Source of the DNA: Atractiella rhizophila
Lineage: Eukaryota
NCBI GenBank assembly: GCA_021432655.1
Contig: MU271536.1
Location: 1 to 45,927, forward strand
Reading direction: 5' to 3'
Length of the DNA: 45,927 nucleotides
Both the position numbers and the translations under genes were made by a program. Below the pieces are notes generated by a model, which saw nothing but the letters and a program-made list of their open reading frames with translations, ran no database searches and was not told the DNA's origin. This document shows, in pieces, positions 1 through 11,308 of the stretch. Position 1 is the first letter of the stretch; the number at the start of each line of letters is the position of its first letter.

Positions 1-158
1 GTTTTCATTTCGTTCGTCTGCGTTACGGTAGCGTACGGAGTGGGAGTGTTGAAGTTATTACGTTTTTGACTTTTACTTTCTTTCTGCCCTTTTGAGCTGG
101 CTATCGCATCTGGTGTCAGTTCCGCCCGCTCCCGTAGTTTAGTCTGTTTTTCAGCTAT

Positions 159-274
159 CTGAGGTTCATCTTTTCTTCGTTCTGTCACTCTGATGAACCT
201 CAGGTAGGTGACTCCTCACCAACGTTCATGCAATGCTGATCTTTTCTTCGTTCTGTCACTCTGATGAACCTCAG
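159..274. repeat. 36-bp direct repeat (2 copies) with an overlapping 12-bp inverted repeat
   Basis: ATCTTTTCTTCGTTCTGTCACTCTGATGAACCTCAG at 168-203 and 239-274; CTGAGGTTCATC (159-170) is the reverse complement of 192-203. Confidence 0.9.
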
Positions 275-651
275 TTTCAACAGGAAACATGAGTTTAAAG
301 TTGATTAACGCTTTGCCAGCACTTAGCATTCCTTTATAAATGTGCACAACTGATTGCACTTGTGTACACAAGCGTTACGGCATTTATGCACAAGCGTTGA
401 TTTGAGCTCCCTGCATTTCGTTCATGCCCTCTGAGGCTTACTCGACGGGCTAGTTGTCATCGCAACTGAACTTTTGGCAACGAAAGGGATGAAAGCTATA
501 TCCGTCTATTGAATTTACGCGTCCAACACAGCGACCAAAGTCTCCTTGAATAGTTCTAACAATGTCTCATGCAATCCCCAGTTATCGACTGTTTTGACGT
601 TTTGCATCATGGAACCTCTATTGAACTCACACTGATTATTCCTGATTCCAG

Positions 652-2562
652 TACGCGCTCACGTTAAAATCTGAAGCGAACAAGCTGTTCTCAACCTCAC
701 GATATCGGGAGTGCTTAGATCTCTACACGTTATCATTAAACCAGAATCCATTCGATTCCGCCGTCTGGTGCAACCGGGCAGCAGTCCGCCTGAAGCTGGA
801 AGAGTTTGGTCTCGCCATTTCAGACACCACTCGGGCGATCGAGCTCAACCCCAAGTACGTCAAGGCTTACTACCGCCGCGCACTGGCGAACCTCAGCATC
901 TTGAAACCGAAGGCGGCGGTCACGGATTTTAAGAAGGTCATGGCCCTCGATCCCAAGAATGCTTCGGCCAAACAACAGCTTGACGCGACCCAGAAGCTGG
1001 TGCGCAGGCTGGAGTTCGAGAAGGCCATTTCGTCAGAAGATGAGGAGCTGGTCAGTAGTAAGATGCGGAAACAGCTCAAGGAGGCGATGGAGGTCGAGGC
1101 TTCCTACTCCGGGCCTATTCTAGAACAGGAGGGCGAGATAGAGCCTCATTCACCGTATCCCACGAAGGATAAGAGCGCATTGAAGATCAGGAGGGGTGGC
1201 GGAGTTGGGGCAAAGGTCACGAGGGAGTTTGTAGAGGCGATGATTGAGTGGTTTCGCGATGGAAAGGTTATACCGAAGCGGTATGCATGGCAGATCGTAC
1301 TAGGTGCCCAAGAGGTGCTGCTAGGTGAGGAGAGCTTGGTAGAATGCAAAATCGGGAAGGGGGAGAAGGCTAATGTGTGAGTCTCACATTCATCGCTCAC
1401 CTATTTTGCTTAGTGGGACATTAGAATAGGCGATACCCATGGACAGGCACGCTTCTCCTTTAATACCTTCATTCAGTCTTTAACGACTTGCCATTAGTAT
1501 TTCGATTTCATGCATCTCTTGACATTAACGAGCAACCCCAGCGAGACACATACCATGGTCTTCAATGGAGACTTTGTCGATCGTGGTAGCTGGAGCACTG
1601 AAGTTGTCCTCATCCTTTTCGCCTTTAAATGTTCGTCCATCCCATCTCTATCTGAGGCTGAAATTTACTTTCTGCTAGGGTTATACCCAAATAATGTCTT
1701 TCTAAATCGAGGAAACCACGAAACATCAGATATGAATAAAGTCTATGGTTTCGAAGGAGAGACGAAGAAGAAATATTCTGAGATGACGTATAAGCTGTTT
1801 GAGGAGACATTCGCTGCTTGTGCGTACCTTTCTCTAGCAATCAACACAGGTTCGCTCATGAAGTATCACAGTACCATTGGCAACCGTAATATCGGCTTCC
1901 AAGGCACCGTCTCCCGCCCGTGCATCAACGTCACTACACAAGAACCCGACGCTCTCACCAGAAGGCTTCAAGCGCTTCTTCGTAGTGCACGGTGGACTCT
2001 TCTCCAAAGATGGTGTCACACTAGACGATATTCGGACGATCGATAGGATCAAGAAGAAGCAGCCTGGCAGCGAAGGGTTGATGTGCGAATGTCTGTGGAC
2101 AGATCCTCAAATACAACCTGGTAGAGGACCGAGTAAGCGAGGCGTCGGGATGTGCTTTGGACCCGATGTTACAAGGAGGTGGACGACGGAGAATAAGATC
2201 ACCGGTACGTTTTCATCCTTTGATTGATATGATGGAGACTTCACGATTAGCTGATGTTCTGAATTGATGATAGCCGTTATACGATCTCATGAGGTTAGGC
2301 AAGAAGGATATCAAGTAGAACACAACGGTCTCTGCATCACTGTCTTCTCGGCTCCCAATTATGTCGATCAAGCTGGCAATCTAGGAGGAATTGGTGAGTC
2401 CTTCCGCCTCATCGTATCCTGCAAATGTTGAACAGAGTTGCAGTGTCCATTGATGATGAAGGAGAGATCACACTGCAGAGCTTCAAGGAGCAGCCCCACC
2501 CACAAAATATTAAGCCCATGATGTATGCAGGGGCTGGATTTGCAAACATGTTCGGAATCTGA
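652..2562 (+). CDS. PPT1: Serine/threonine protein phosphatase 5 (TPR + PPP catalytic domain), multi-exon; first exon/start unresolved upstream of 652
   Basis: TPR segments ([40 protein letters not shown]) followed by PPP motifs [41 protein letters not shown] across short introns; stop TGA at 2560-2562. Confidence 0.93.
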
Positions 2563-2934
2563 AGTCGATGCGTTGGCTTGCGAGCCGCTGAAACTACTGC
2601 TTCATGGTTTCTATACTGTTGTACACCTCCACTGTATATTATTCCCTTACCTCTTGTCCTGCAACCTGTTAGATTTAGAATGGTGTTTCCTCTGGCGATA
2701 TGTGAATAAGGGCAATGTTTTATTACGGATGATAAAAACAGAAAAGATATACACGAATAGTCGATGGGTACCAGAGTAACAAATCGACAAATCGACACGA
2801 ATGATGGGTAGGTATCGAACAATAGTAGGGTACACCAAGATGGGTATGGTAATGACATGCAAAGTGTGGGAATCTGCAGAAGATATTATCAAACTCCATC
2901 AATGTTAGCACTGGAAAGGCGCACCCATAAATTA

Positions 2935-5005
2935 CTACTCCAAATCTTCCATCTTCTGCCACTGCCACTCTTCCTGCTCTAATTCTCCTCTCTCGATCCT
3001 CTCCATCACAATATCATTCGGTCTACAGATCTGTCCACATTCCGGACCCCTCGCTACCTCTCCGCAAAGGTCCACGAATCTCTCAACTCTCTTGGGGACC
3101 TTCCACGTCTCCCAGCCCCCCTCCCCATTGGCCCAGTTCCAATTAACGAGTCGGACCACACCTCTACCCGCGAATCCCCATTCTCCACCACTAATCTGCC
3201 AGTCTGCCGGATCGACATAAGCGTCCACAGAAGCTGCCGGCCGTCCATCATGCCACCACCCGACCTGATCTTTCGTAAGGAGCAGAGAGACGAGGTGTTT
3301 AAACGAAACGACGCCACGCATGTCTATTTCTACGATATCGGAGAGAAGGGAGAGCGAATCTAGGTCTGCTTCTGCATTGAGCGGGTAGGTAAGTGCGTTT
3401 CGGAGCAGGGTTGATTGTGCATGCTCGATGTATGATAGTTCGGTGATATTCACTTCACCAAGGACATCGGAAAGCTCGTGTAAGGGAAAAAGGGAGAAGG
3501 AGTATCGCATCGCGTCCATTGGGTTCCCTGCTTCTGGAGGATAGAGATCGGTCATGAATCCATGCGTAGGAGGGAGGAAGGACCGTCCCGAATAGTGAGC
3601 CGCCGCAAGTAGGATTTTCACTTGTTGTACGATTTGCTCGCGAGAACCGAAGAACGGTGGAGAAGTCAGGAGGGGTGGGGGAAGGGAGTAGCGAGCCGAA
3701 ACATCTTGCCAGTAACCAGAAGAGCCGGCGATATACTCTTTCATGTTGTTGTCGTCCGCGCATCTATCGCCGCCCGCTGTCAATTTTGGTGGATCCAAAT
3801 GAAGGAAAGAAACGCGGGACAAACGTCATATGTAGATAGCAGAGCTCGGTGCTGTCGTACTGCATCCGGTCGAATTCGAAGTGGTAAGCTCGAAACTTTT
3901 CTTTCGGCAATACGTGCACTTTCACTGTCCCCGTCCATGAAGGATTCATCAAGTCATCAGACAAAAAGTGAAGTGACATACAACCAGTAGCAGAGATAAA
4001 ATCCATTGTTGTACTCCCACCGGCTCCTACTCTCAAACTAAAAGTATCTAAAAGGATGTTGATATTCCTTTGATCCCTTCCTTGCTCCTGCAAATCAATC
4101 TCCAGGACGCTCTCCCATAAAGCGACCGTTCCCTCGTTTGCCTTCATATGCAAGAATCCAGTGTTGACCTGTCGGTCTATCATCTCCTCCTGAATTTGTA
4201 TGTCATAAGAATCGAGGGAGCCCATGTGCGGATAAGGGTTTCGAGTGAAGTACACGTCAGAGTCAACAAAGAAGGCATCGCGGCCGGACGCCAAGATGTC
4301 AATCATGCCTGTTTCATTTTCAAAAAAATATCCAAGCGGGAGGAAAAAAAAAACACAAGAAGACAGAAAAGAGGACGAACCCTTCAATTTCGGCCAAGTG
4401 TGCTTCAATATCATTTCTGGCTTTCCCTCTTCTCCGAACGCTCCAAATCCACCAAATGCAAACCAACCCCTGTCCTCAGCCCTGCACATGCATTCCTCAT
4501 CCACGCAGAGCACAATCAACCTTGTCTTCCTTTCTTCTTCAAAATTCAGCGTCCACCTAATGAAATGCTCTAGGTGTGCCGTTCCATGATCGATCCAGTA
4601 TGAGTCCGCGATGGTGAGCCAGAAATAGGGCTGTGGATACCTTGCAGGCCATAGTCGCTCGAGATAAGCTGGGAACGATTCCCCGGGACGAGAAGTAGTT
4701 AGGTGTTGGTCTGCTAAGGCTGGTGTTTTGGTTGAAGGTGAAGGTGAATAATGTCCAACACCTAGAGATAATGGAGGGTAGAAGGCGTCTTCCAGCGGCC
4801 CGTCTTGGGCTGTAGCTCCACGAGAAAAGATGCCAGAGAGGAAGTAGAAAAAGGGAAAGGCGAACAGTAGGAACATGAAGAAATAAAATGGTCGCCGTTT
4901 CTCGTGCGCATGGATAGAGGAGAATGAAGGATGGGATACTGAGACTGTGGGCAGCGAAATGGAGCGTGTTGTGCTTGCGAACAAGGATTTGAAGAGATCC
5001 ATCAT
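2935..5005 (-). CDS. Nucleotide-diphospho-sugar transferase (GT77-like) type II membrane glycosyltransferase, multi-exon
   Basis: N-terminal TM helix (RRPFYFFMFLLFAFPFFYFL), DxD motif in FFVDSDVYFTRNPY, VNTGF and DQ motifs; continues into the 2935-3822 frame. Start is approximate. Confidence 0.7.
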
Positions 5006-5733
5006 CCCATCCTCGAGTGCTGCGACTGACTGCGAGAAAATCAACTTTAGAAGGGATCCTTGGGAGAAAAAAGAGGCACACCTCATAAAAGCTGGCCTTC
5101 AGACGGAACGCCAAGAATCCAGCCCAATCTTCAAAGGCGCTTCGATGATGCTTTGACCCCAAATTTCCCCCAAGTCCGGTGGGCGCAAGGATAAAAGCTG
5201 GGCCCCATGCGATGTCGTCGTGGTTTTGATGCCGAGGTTTGGATTGCCGCTGGTCCCTTCTTCGCAGTCGCTTTTGCCGGCGAAGTCAGGCGGCGCAGGG
5301 AGCAGGAGACGTTCTCTTATAATTCAGAGCACAGCATGAGAACGGGAACTTGACAGGACAACCTTGGCGTGCGCCATCGCGGTCGGAGGTTGGTCTAATA
5401 AAATAATCATCATTGCACTCGCCACCACCCTGAGCTTGCTGCCTAATACTTGGATTTGATTATCGCGTCAATGCGAGGTGTCGATATCATTGTCATATAA
5501 AGGGAGAGGGCTAGTGCAGATTCGAATACTCCTCCACACGACTTCGACTCAAGATGAAGACTTCGATTTTCGTCCTGGTGGGATTGGTCAGGGTGTTTAT
5601 AGGATAGGATGTTTCAGTGCTTAAATATATCGCTAAATGGAGGAACTTTGCTGTCGAGTTACAACAGTAAAAATAGGTATTTGCACCACTTTGTAAACAA
5701 GCAGATATCGCACATCCCAAAATATTGAAAACT

Positions 5734-7206
5734 TTACATGAACATGTTGTCATAATCGGAACGTCCCTACTGCCCGTCAGCTTGCCTCGAAAAGGGTAGG
5801 AAAGAGTGAGCGCACCGGTGGAGGGAACTCATCGAAGTCTGGCTCTCCAGCAGGATTCACTCCACCTGCCCCTCTTCCTCTTCCTCTTCCCATAGGCGGT
5901 AGAAAGCCAGGACCAGCTCCAGGAGGGACGATCGGGTCAAACCTAGCTCCTGGTGGAACATTGGGGAGGAAGCCGTCTCCTCCCCAAGGTTGATTCCCAC
6001 CTCCTCTCCCAAATCCTGCTCCTGGCCGAAACATTTCTGGTCCTACGAACATTCCTCCTAGGGGCTGAGGACCGCCTGTACCGGGTAAACGCAGTGGATT
6101 CGTGGTCCCTCCCATTCCCCCGAGAGGTTCAAGATCGGAGCGACCTGGTTGTCCTCCAAAAATTGGAGGAGGGACGTGAGGACGCGGTGGCATGAAAGGT
6201 TCTTGTGGTGGATTCGGCTGTCCAGGAGGAGGACGGTTGGAAGGTGGTCGTGCACCTCCACCTGATGGTGCGCTCTCAGATGTAGACACCTCTTCATCGC
6301 TATAGCCATCTTTTCGGAGGCCCGGAATGAGCTTGGTGATGATATTGATCTTGAAGAGCGAGATGAGGTCGGAAAAGCGAGCGGGAGAAATAAAAGCTCC
6401 TGTCAAGTCCTTGGAGGTGGTTGAGGAGGATCCTTCTGCGGATGGTTGAAGCTGGCTGGATTGAGATGCGGACCAGGGAAAGAAGGAAGGAGAGAAGTAA
6501 TCCAAGACTGGTATGTCCAAAGTCGCAGTACGGTCATCCTACAGGAGGAACAAGCTCAGTTCATTTTGTTATTTCTTTTTAAGTTGCATCAGATTTTAGC
6601 GGGATGTAGTCTACAGACAACATAAAACACTACGTGGGAATTTGCACCTTAAATGACCGTGAAAACTATAAGGCCAGATGAGGCAGATTTGACGGTGTCT
6701 ATAAGGGGATCCTTCATCTCGCTACTCATAAAATGAGGAACAGGGATAGAGTAAAAGTCCCTGAACCAGAGTGTTGGAGAGCATTTCCTCAATCGATAAA
6801 CAAGTGGTATACAAATGCCAGGCAACGCTTTCATACTACTAGACAAAAAGAAATATTCATAAAACGTGAAAAGAACTCATGGAAGCAGACATCGTAACCA
6901 CCCTGCAGATCTCACCAAATGATCGCTCACCTCAACGGCAATGGCATTGACAATTCCTCTGTTCCCTAACTTGGCGATCTTCACCTCAAATTTCATGCTA
7001 CTCTGATTATGCGAGTAAAGGAACTCGCTCCTTCCCTCAGACAACACATTTCCCGTTTCTGCAGGAGGTTGCAGTTTGAAATCGAGAGCTGTCAGGATGG
7101 TATGCGTCAAGGCTGCAAGTCCTTCGATCGGCGAGGAGAGTGTTGCAGCTGGCAAAAGCGTAGGAAGAAGCGCAGTGAGCGTCTCTGGGGCCAGTGGATT
7201 CGACAT
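5734..7206 (-). CDS. Proteasome regulator PI31 (PSMF1/Fub1 family), 3 exons
   Basis: FP-like N-terminus (YSHNQSSMKFEVKI), Pro/Gly-rich C-terminus with GRSDLEP, GGMFVGP, PPGARFDP, GEPDFDE; last exon GRSDYDNMFM*; intron 1 = 6539-6930. Confidence 0.88.
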
Positions 7207-7297
7207 TTTACTCGATTCTCCTCAATTTTCAGGCAGACAACTTGGTTGCCAGCACCTCCCTTAAATATTCCATTTTCAGGCGTGCTGACGCGGTCAC

Positions 7298-7309
7298 CCC
7301 TAACCCTAA
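7298..7309 (+). promoter_or_regulatory. Telomere-like CCCTAACCCTAA motif ~90 bp upstream of the PI31 ATG
   Basis: Two TTAGGG-type units; the second duplication unit has CCCTAACCCTA near 9333. Function is inferred only. Confidence 0.35.
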
Positions 7310-8046
7310 TTTCCAAAAAGCAAGGGACGAAGCTTGAGACTGCTAGATAGAGATAAAGCACAAAGCCTGCGATGTTGATCATCGTCATGGTCAAGCGAAA
7401 TACAGTACTTGTGAGGAATTTACTGAATAAAAGACTGAACACTGGAGGAGTTTAGGCAATACACGTATCCTGCATTTGCAATGAGATGCAACCTGTTGGA
7501 TGCTGTTGTGAATCGTTGTTAAGCAAATATTGAGGCTTAAGTCGCTTAATCAAGATGCAAAGGTGCAAAATCGTACAACATTTAAGACGCGCTCGATGCA
7601 GTCCAGAACAGCAATACCTCTTGTGATATTCCACTATTCATTCTAGATCATAAAAGCAGCTCATGTGACAGCCTGATAAAGTAGCCGCCTTGAGAAGACG
7701 GTGCCCTTCAGGCATAGTCAAAAGGCTTACAGCATTCCAAGTTTCTCGCTAGTCATACCAAGGTGCAGAGTCTTCGTACTAGTCTCCATACAGAATTTGA
7801 TTGATGACAGAAGATAATCTAACAATTTGAGATGTATCAAGGCAGCGAAGCCAAATCTTCGTTTATTTGAAGGAAGATGCGACTTTAGAGCCCAGAAATA
7901 TTTTCTCGGTCAGACCAATCGAAGTGTTACGTTCGAGGTTCTCGTATCCGACAGACGGTTGGGATAAACATCTGCCTTCAAGAAACGACCGGAATCAACG
8001 ATCTGATCCCTTTCCCAACATCGTTGAAAGCAAGAGCCAACTCACG

Positions 8047-8748
8047 TTAAACAACGCAGAACTTGGCTCGATGATCCTCTAACTGTTTTATCCGCTCTTC
8101 ACTCTCGCCTCCACCTCTTTTCAGGAATTCTATAATATTGTCAAGTTTGAGAACCGTGATCACCGGCACACTCCACTTCTTCGAGAGTTCATTCACGGAG
8201 CTCTGGGTCGAACCCTCTTCCCTCCCTTTCTCTTGCCTGTCTAAGACGATAGCGACACCAACGACCTCGCCACCATTTTTTACAATAATATCATAGGCCT
8301 CAGTGATAGCCAATCCCGAAGTGATCACGTCGTCAATGATCAAAACTTTCTTTCCCTTCAGCGGAGATCCGACAAGTACTCCACCTTCTCCATGATCCTT
8401 AGCCTCCTTCCTATTGAAGGCATAGGAAACGACGAGATTGTGAGGTTCCTGAGCGAGAGCAACGCAAACGGTGGATGCGAGAGGAATTCCCTTGTAAGCT
8501 GGCCCAAAAATCACGTCGAAAGTGGGGACAACCTCCTTTCCGTCGTTTGAACAGAGAGGAGATGAAATGATAGCTTGAGCGAAGGATTTGGAGAGCTGAG
8601 AGAGAACGTCTCCAGTGTACAATAGGTTGAGATTCAAAAAATATGGTGAAGGTCTTCCAGACTTGAGGGTAAATGATCCAAAAGTAAGGATCTTGGAAGA
8701 GAAAAAGAGCGGGAGCAGGACTGAAGCGTAACTGGGAAGGGAGTCCAT
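8047..8748 (-). CDS. URA5: Orotate phosphoribosyltransferase, duplicated copy lacking its native promoter
   Basis: Intact intronless 233-aa ORF with FTLKSGRPSPY, FGPAYKGIPL, RKEAKDHGEGG, IIDDVITSG; only 5 bp of native upstream sequence before the junction. Confidence 0.9.
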   Translation of the reverse strand: MDSLPSYASVLLPLFFSSKILTFGSFTLKSGRPSPYFLNLNLLYTGDVLSQLSKSFAQAIISSPLCSNDGKEVVPTFDVIFGPAYKGIPLASTVCVALAQEPHNLVVSYAFNRKEAKDHGEGGVLVGSPLKGKKVLIIDDVITSGLAITEAYDIIVKNGGEVVGVAIVLDRQEKGREEGSTQSSVNELSKKWSVPVITVLKLDNIIEFLKRGGGESEERIKQLEDHRAKFCVV

Positions 8749-8753
8749 CGCGA

Positions 8754-9241
8754 CTCGCTACTCATAAAATGAGGAACAGGGATAGAGTAAAAGTCCCTGA
8801 ACCAGAGTGTTGGAGAGCATTTCCTCAATCGATAAACAAGTGGTATACCAATGCCAGGCAACGCTTTCATACTACTAGACAAAAAGAAATATTCATAAAA
8901 CGTGAAAAGAACTAATGGAAGCAGACATCGTAACCACCTGCAGATCTCACCAAATGATCGCTCACCTCAACGGCAATGGCATTGACAATTCCTCTGTTCC
9001 CTAACTTGGTGATCTTCACCTCAAATTTCATGCTACTCTGATTATGCGAGTAAAGGAACTCGCTCCTTCCCTCAGACAACACATTTCCCGTTTCTGCAGG
9101 AGGTTGCAGTTTGAAATCGAGAGCTGTCAGGATGGTATGCGTCAAGGCTGCAAGCGCTTCGATCGGTGAGGAGAGTGTTGCAGCTGGCAAAAGTGTAGGA
9201 AGAAGCGCAGTGAGCGTCTCTGGGGCCAGTGGATTCGACAT
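8754..9241 (-). pseudogene. Truncated PI31 duplicate (exon 1 at 8966-9241 plus 5' half of intron 1)
   Basis: Near-identical to 6718-7206; downstream exons absent, replaced by the URA5 copy. Confidence 0.85.
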
Positions 9242-10074
9242 TTTACTCGATTCTCCTCAATATTTAGGCAGACAACTTGGTTGCCAACACCTCCCTTAAA
9301 TATTCCATTTTCAGGCATGCTGACGCGGTCACCCCTAACCCTACTTTCCCAAAGGGACGAAGCTTGAGACTGCTAGATAGAGATTGAGCACAAAGCCTGC
9401 GATGTTGATCATCGTCATGGTCAAGCGAAATACAGTACTTGTGAGGAATTTACTGAATAAAAGACTGAACACAGGAGGAGTTTCGGCAATACATGTATCC
9501 TGCACTTGCAATGAGATGCAACCTGTTGGATGCTGTTGTGAATCGTTGTTAAGCAAATATTGAGGCTTAAGTCGCTTAATCAAGATGCAAAGGTGCAAAA
9601 CCGTACAACATTTAAGACGCGCTCGATGCAGTCCAGAACAGCAATACCTCTTGTGATAATCCACTATTCATTCCAAGTCATAAAAGCAGCTCATGTGTTG
9701 ACAGCCTGATAAAGTAGCCGCCTTGACAGGACGCTGCCCTTCAGGCATAGTCAAAGGGCTTACAGCATTCCAAGGTCCTCGCTAGTCATACTAAGGTGCA
9801 CAGTCTTCAGTACCCATACAGAATTTGATTGATGACAGAAGATAATCTAACAATTTGAGATGTATCAAGGCAGCGAAGCCAAATCTTCGTTTATTTGAAT
9901 GAAGATGCGGCTTTAGAGCCCAGAAATATTTTCTTGGTCAGACCAATCGAAGTGTTACGTTCGAGGTTCTCGTATCCGACAGACGGTTGGGATAAACATC
10001 TGCCTTCAAGAAACGACCGGAATCAACGATCTGATCCCTTTCCCAACATCGTTGAAAGCAAGAGCCAACTCACG

Positions 10075-10776
10075 TCAAACAACGCAGAACTTGGCTCTAT
10101 GATCCTCCAACTGTTTTATCCGCTCCTCACTCTCGCCTCCACCTCTTTTCAGGAATTCGATAATATTATCAAGTTTGAGAACCGTGATCACTGGCACACT
10201 CCACTTCTTCGAGAGTTCATTCACGGAGCTCTGGGTCGAACCCTCTTCCCTCCCTTTCTCCTGCCTGTCTAAGACGATAGCGACACCAACGACCTCGCCT
10301 CCATTTTTTACAATAATATCATAGGCCTCAGTGATAGCCAATCCCGAAGTGATCACGTCGTCAATGATCAAAACTTTCTTTCCCTTCAGCGGAGATCCGA
10401 CAAGCACTCCACCTTCTCCATGATCCTTAGCCTCCTTCCTATTGAAGGCATAGGAAACGACGAGATTGTGAGGTTCCTGAGCGAGAGCAACGCAAACGGT
10501 GGATGCGAGAGGAATTCCCTTGTAAGCTGGTCCAAAAATCACGTCGAAAGTGGGGACAATCTCCTTTCCGTCGTTTGAACAGAGAGGAGATGAAATGATA
10601 GCTTGAGCGAAGGATTTGGAGAGCTGAGAGAGAACGTCTCCAGTGTACAACAGGTTGAGATTGAAAAAATATGGTGAAGGTCTTCCAGACTTGAGGGTAA
10701 ATGATCCAAAAGTAAGGATCTTGGAAGAGAAAAAGAGCGGGAGCAGGACTGAAGCGTAACTGGGAAGGGAGTCCAT
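10075..10776 (-). CDS. URA5: Orotate phosphoribosyltransferase (copy with native upstream region)
   Basis: 233-aa ORF from ATG 10776 with canonical OPRTase motifs including SPYFFN. Confidence 0.95.
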   Translation of the reverse strand: MDSLPSYASVLLPLFFSSKILTFGSFTLKSGRPSPYFFNLNLLYTGDVLSQLSKSFAQAIISSPLCSNDGKEIVPTFDVIFGPAYKGIPLASTVCVALAQEPHNLVVSYAFNRKEAKDHGEGGVLVGSPLKGKKVLIIDDVITSGLAITEAYDIIVKNGGEVVGVAIVLDRQEKGREEGSTQSSVNELSKKWSVPVITVLKLDNIIEFLKRGGGESEERIKQLEDHRAKFCVV

Positions 10777-11308
10777 CGCGATAGAATGGTGGTTGGACAA
10801 CAAAATTTTTTCGTTGTAGAAGTTAGAGGTGGAAGTCCTCGAAATTCCTTGCAATAAGGTACACGGGAGTACATTCAACAACAGAGACCCTGTGACATCA
10901 TAGGTTGGCTATGTTTTAAACTTAATTCTGGAGCTCGTCGTGAGTCTTTGGCTGTAGAGAAGGCACAAAAGATTAGTACGGTCTATTAAAGGCTTTCTTC
11001 AATCTCCGCTTGAAATATAAGGGTATTAATGAGGATGTCAATCAACGCTTCACGTCCACTTTGTCTCGCGGCCATTCTCACATGTGAACTTGGCATCTTC
11101 GAGGTTTCACCGGGCGACTTACAAATGGAGCAAGCGTCATAATCATAAGTTCTGCATCAACGCGCGCCATTATTGCGACATTGGTAGCGGTCTGGTATGA
11201 CAAGAAGCTCCAGGCTTCTGAGACTCTGATAACAATTTGCTACATTGAAGCCATCTTTCAATATTTGATACACTTTGGCAAAGTCAGACGGATTTCCTAG
11301 TTGGCAGT

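Larger units (their letters stand above)
6718..10781. repeat. Tandem duplication of ~2.03 kb (units 6718-8753 and 8754-10781)
   Basis: Colinear near-identical units containing part of PI31 intron 1, PI31 exon 1 and promoter, the intergenic spacer and the URA5 CDS; junction CCATCGCGA|CTCGCTAC at 8753/8754. Confidence 0.95.

Noticed and set aside
168..274. CRISPR-like dimensions (36-bp repeat, 35-bp spacer)
   Set aside because: Only two copies, eukaryotic context, no cas genes.
7107..7634. Small hydrophobic minus-strand ORFs between PI31 and URA5
   Set aside because: Frame and stops differ between the two duplicated units; no recognisable motif.
10777..10881. 35-aa N-terminal extension of URA5 in the ORF track
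   Set aside because: Begins at a non-ATG codon; the OPRTase starts at ATG 10776.
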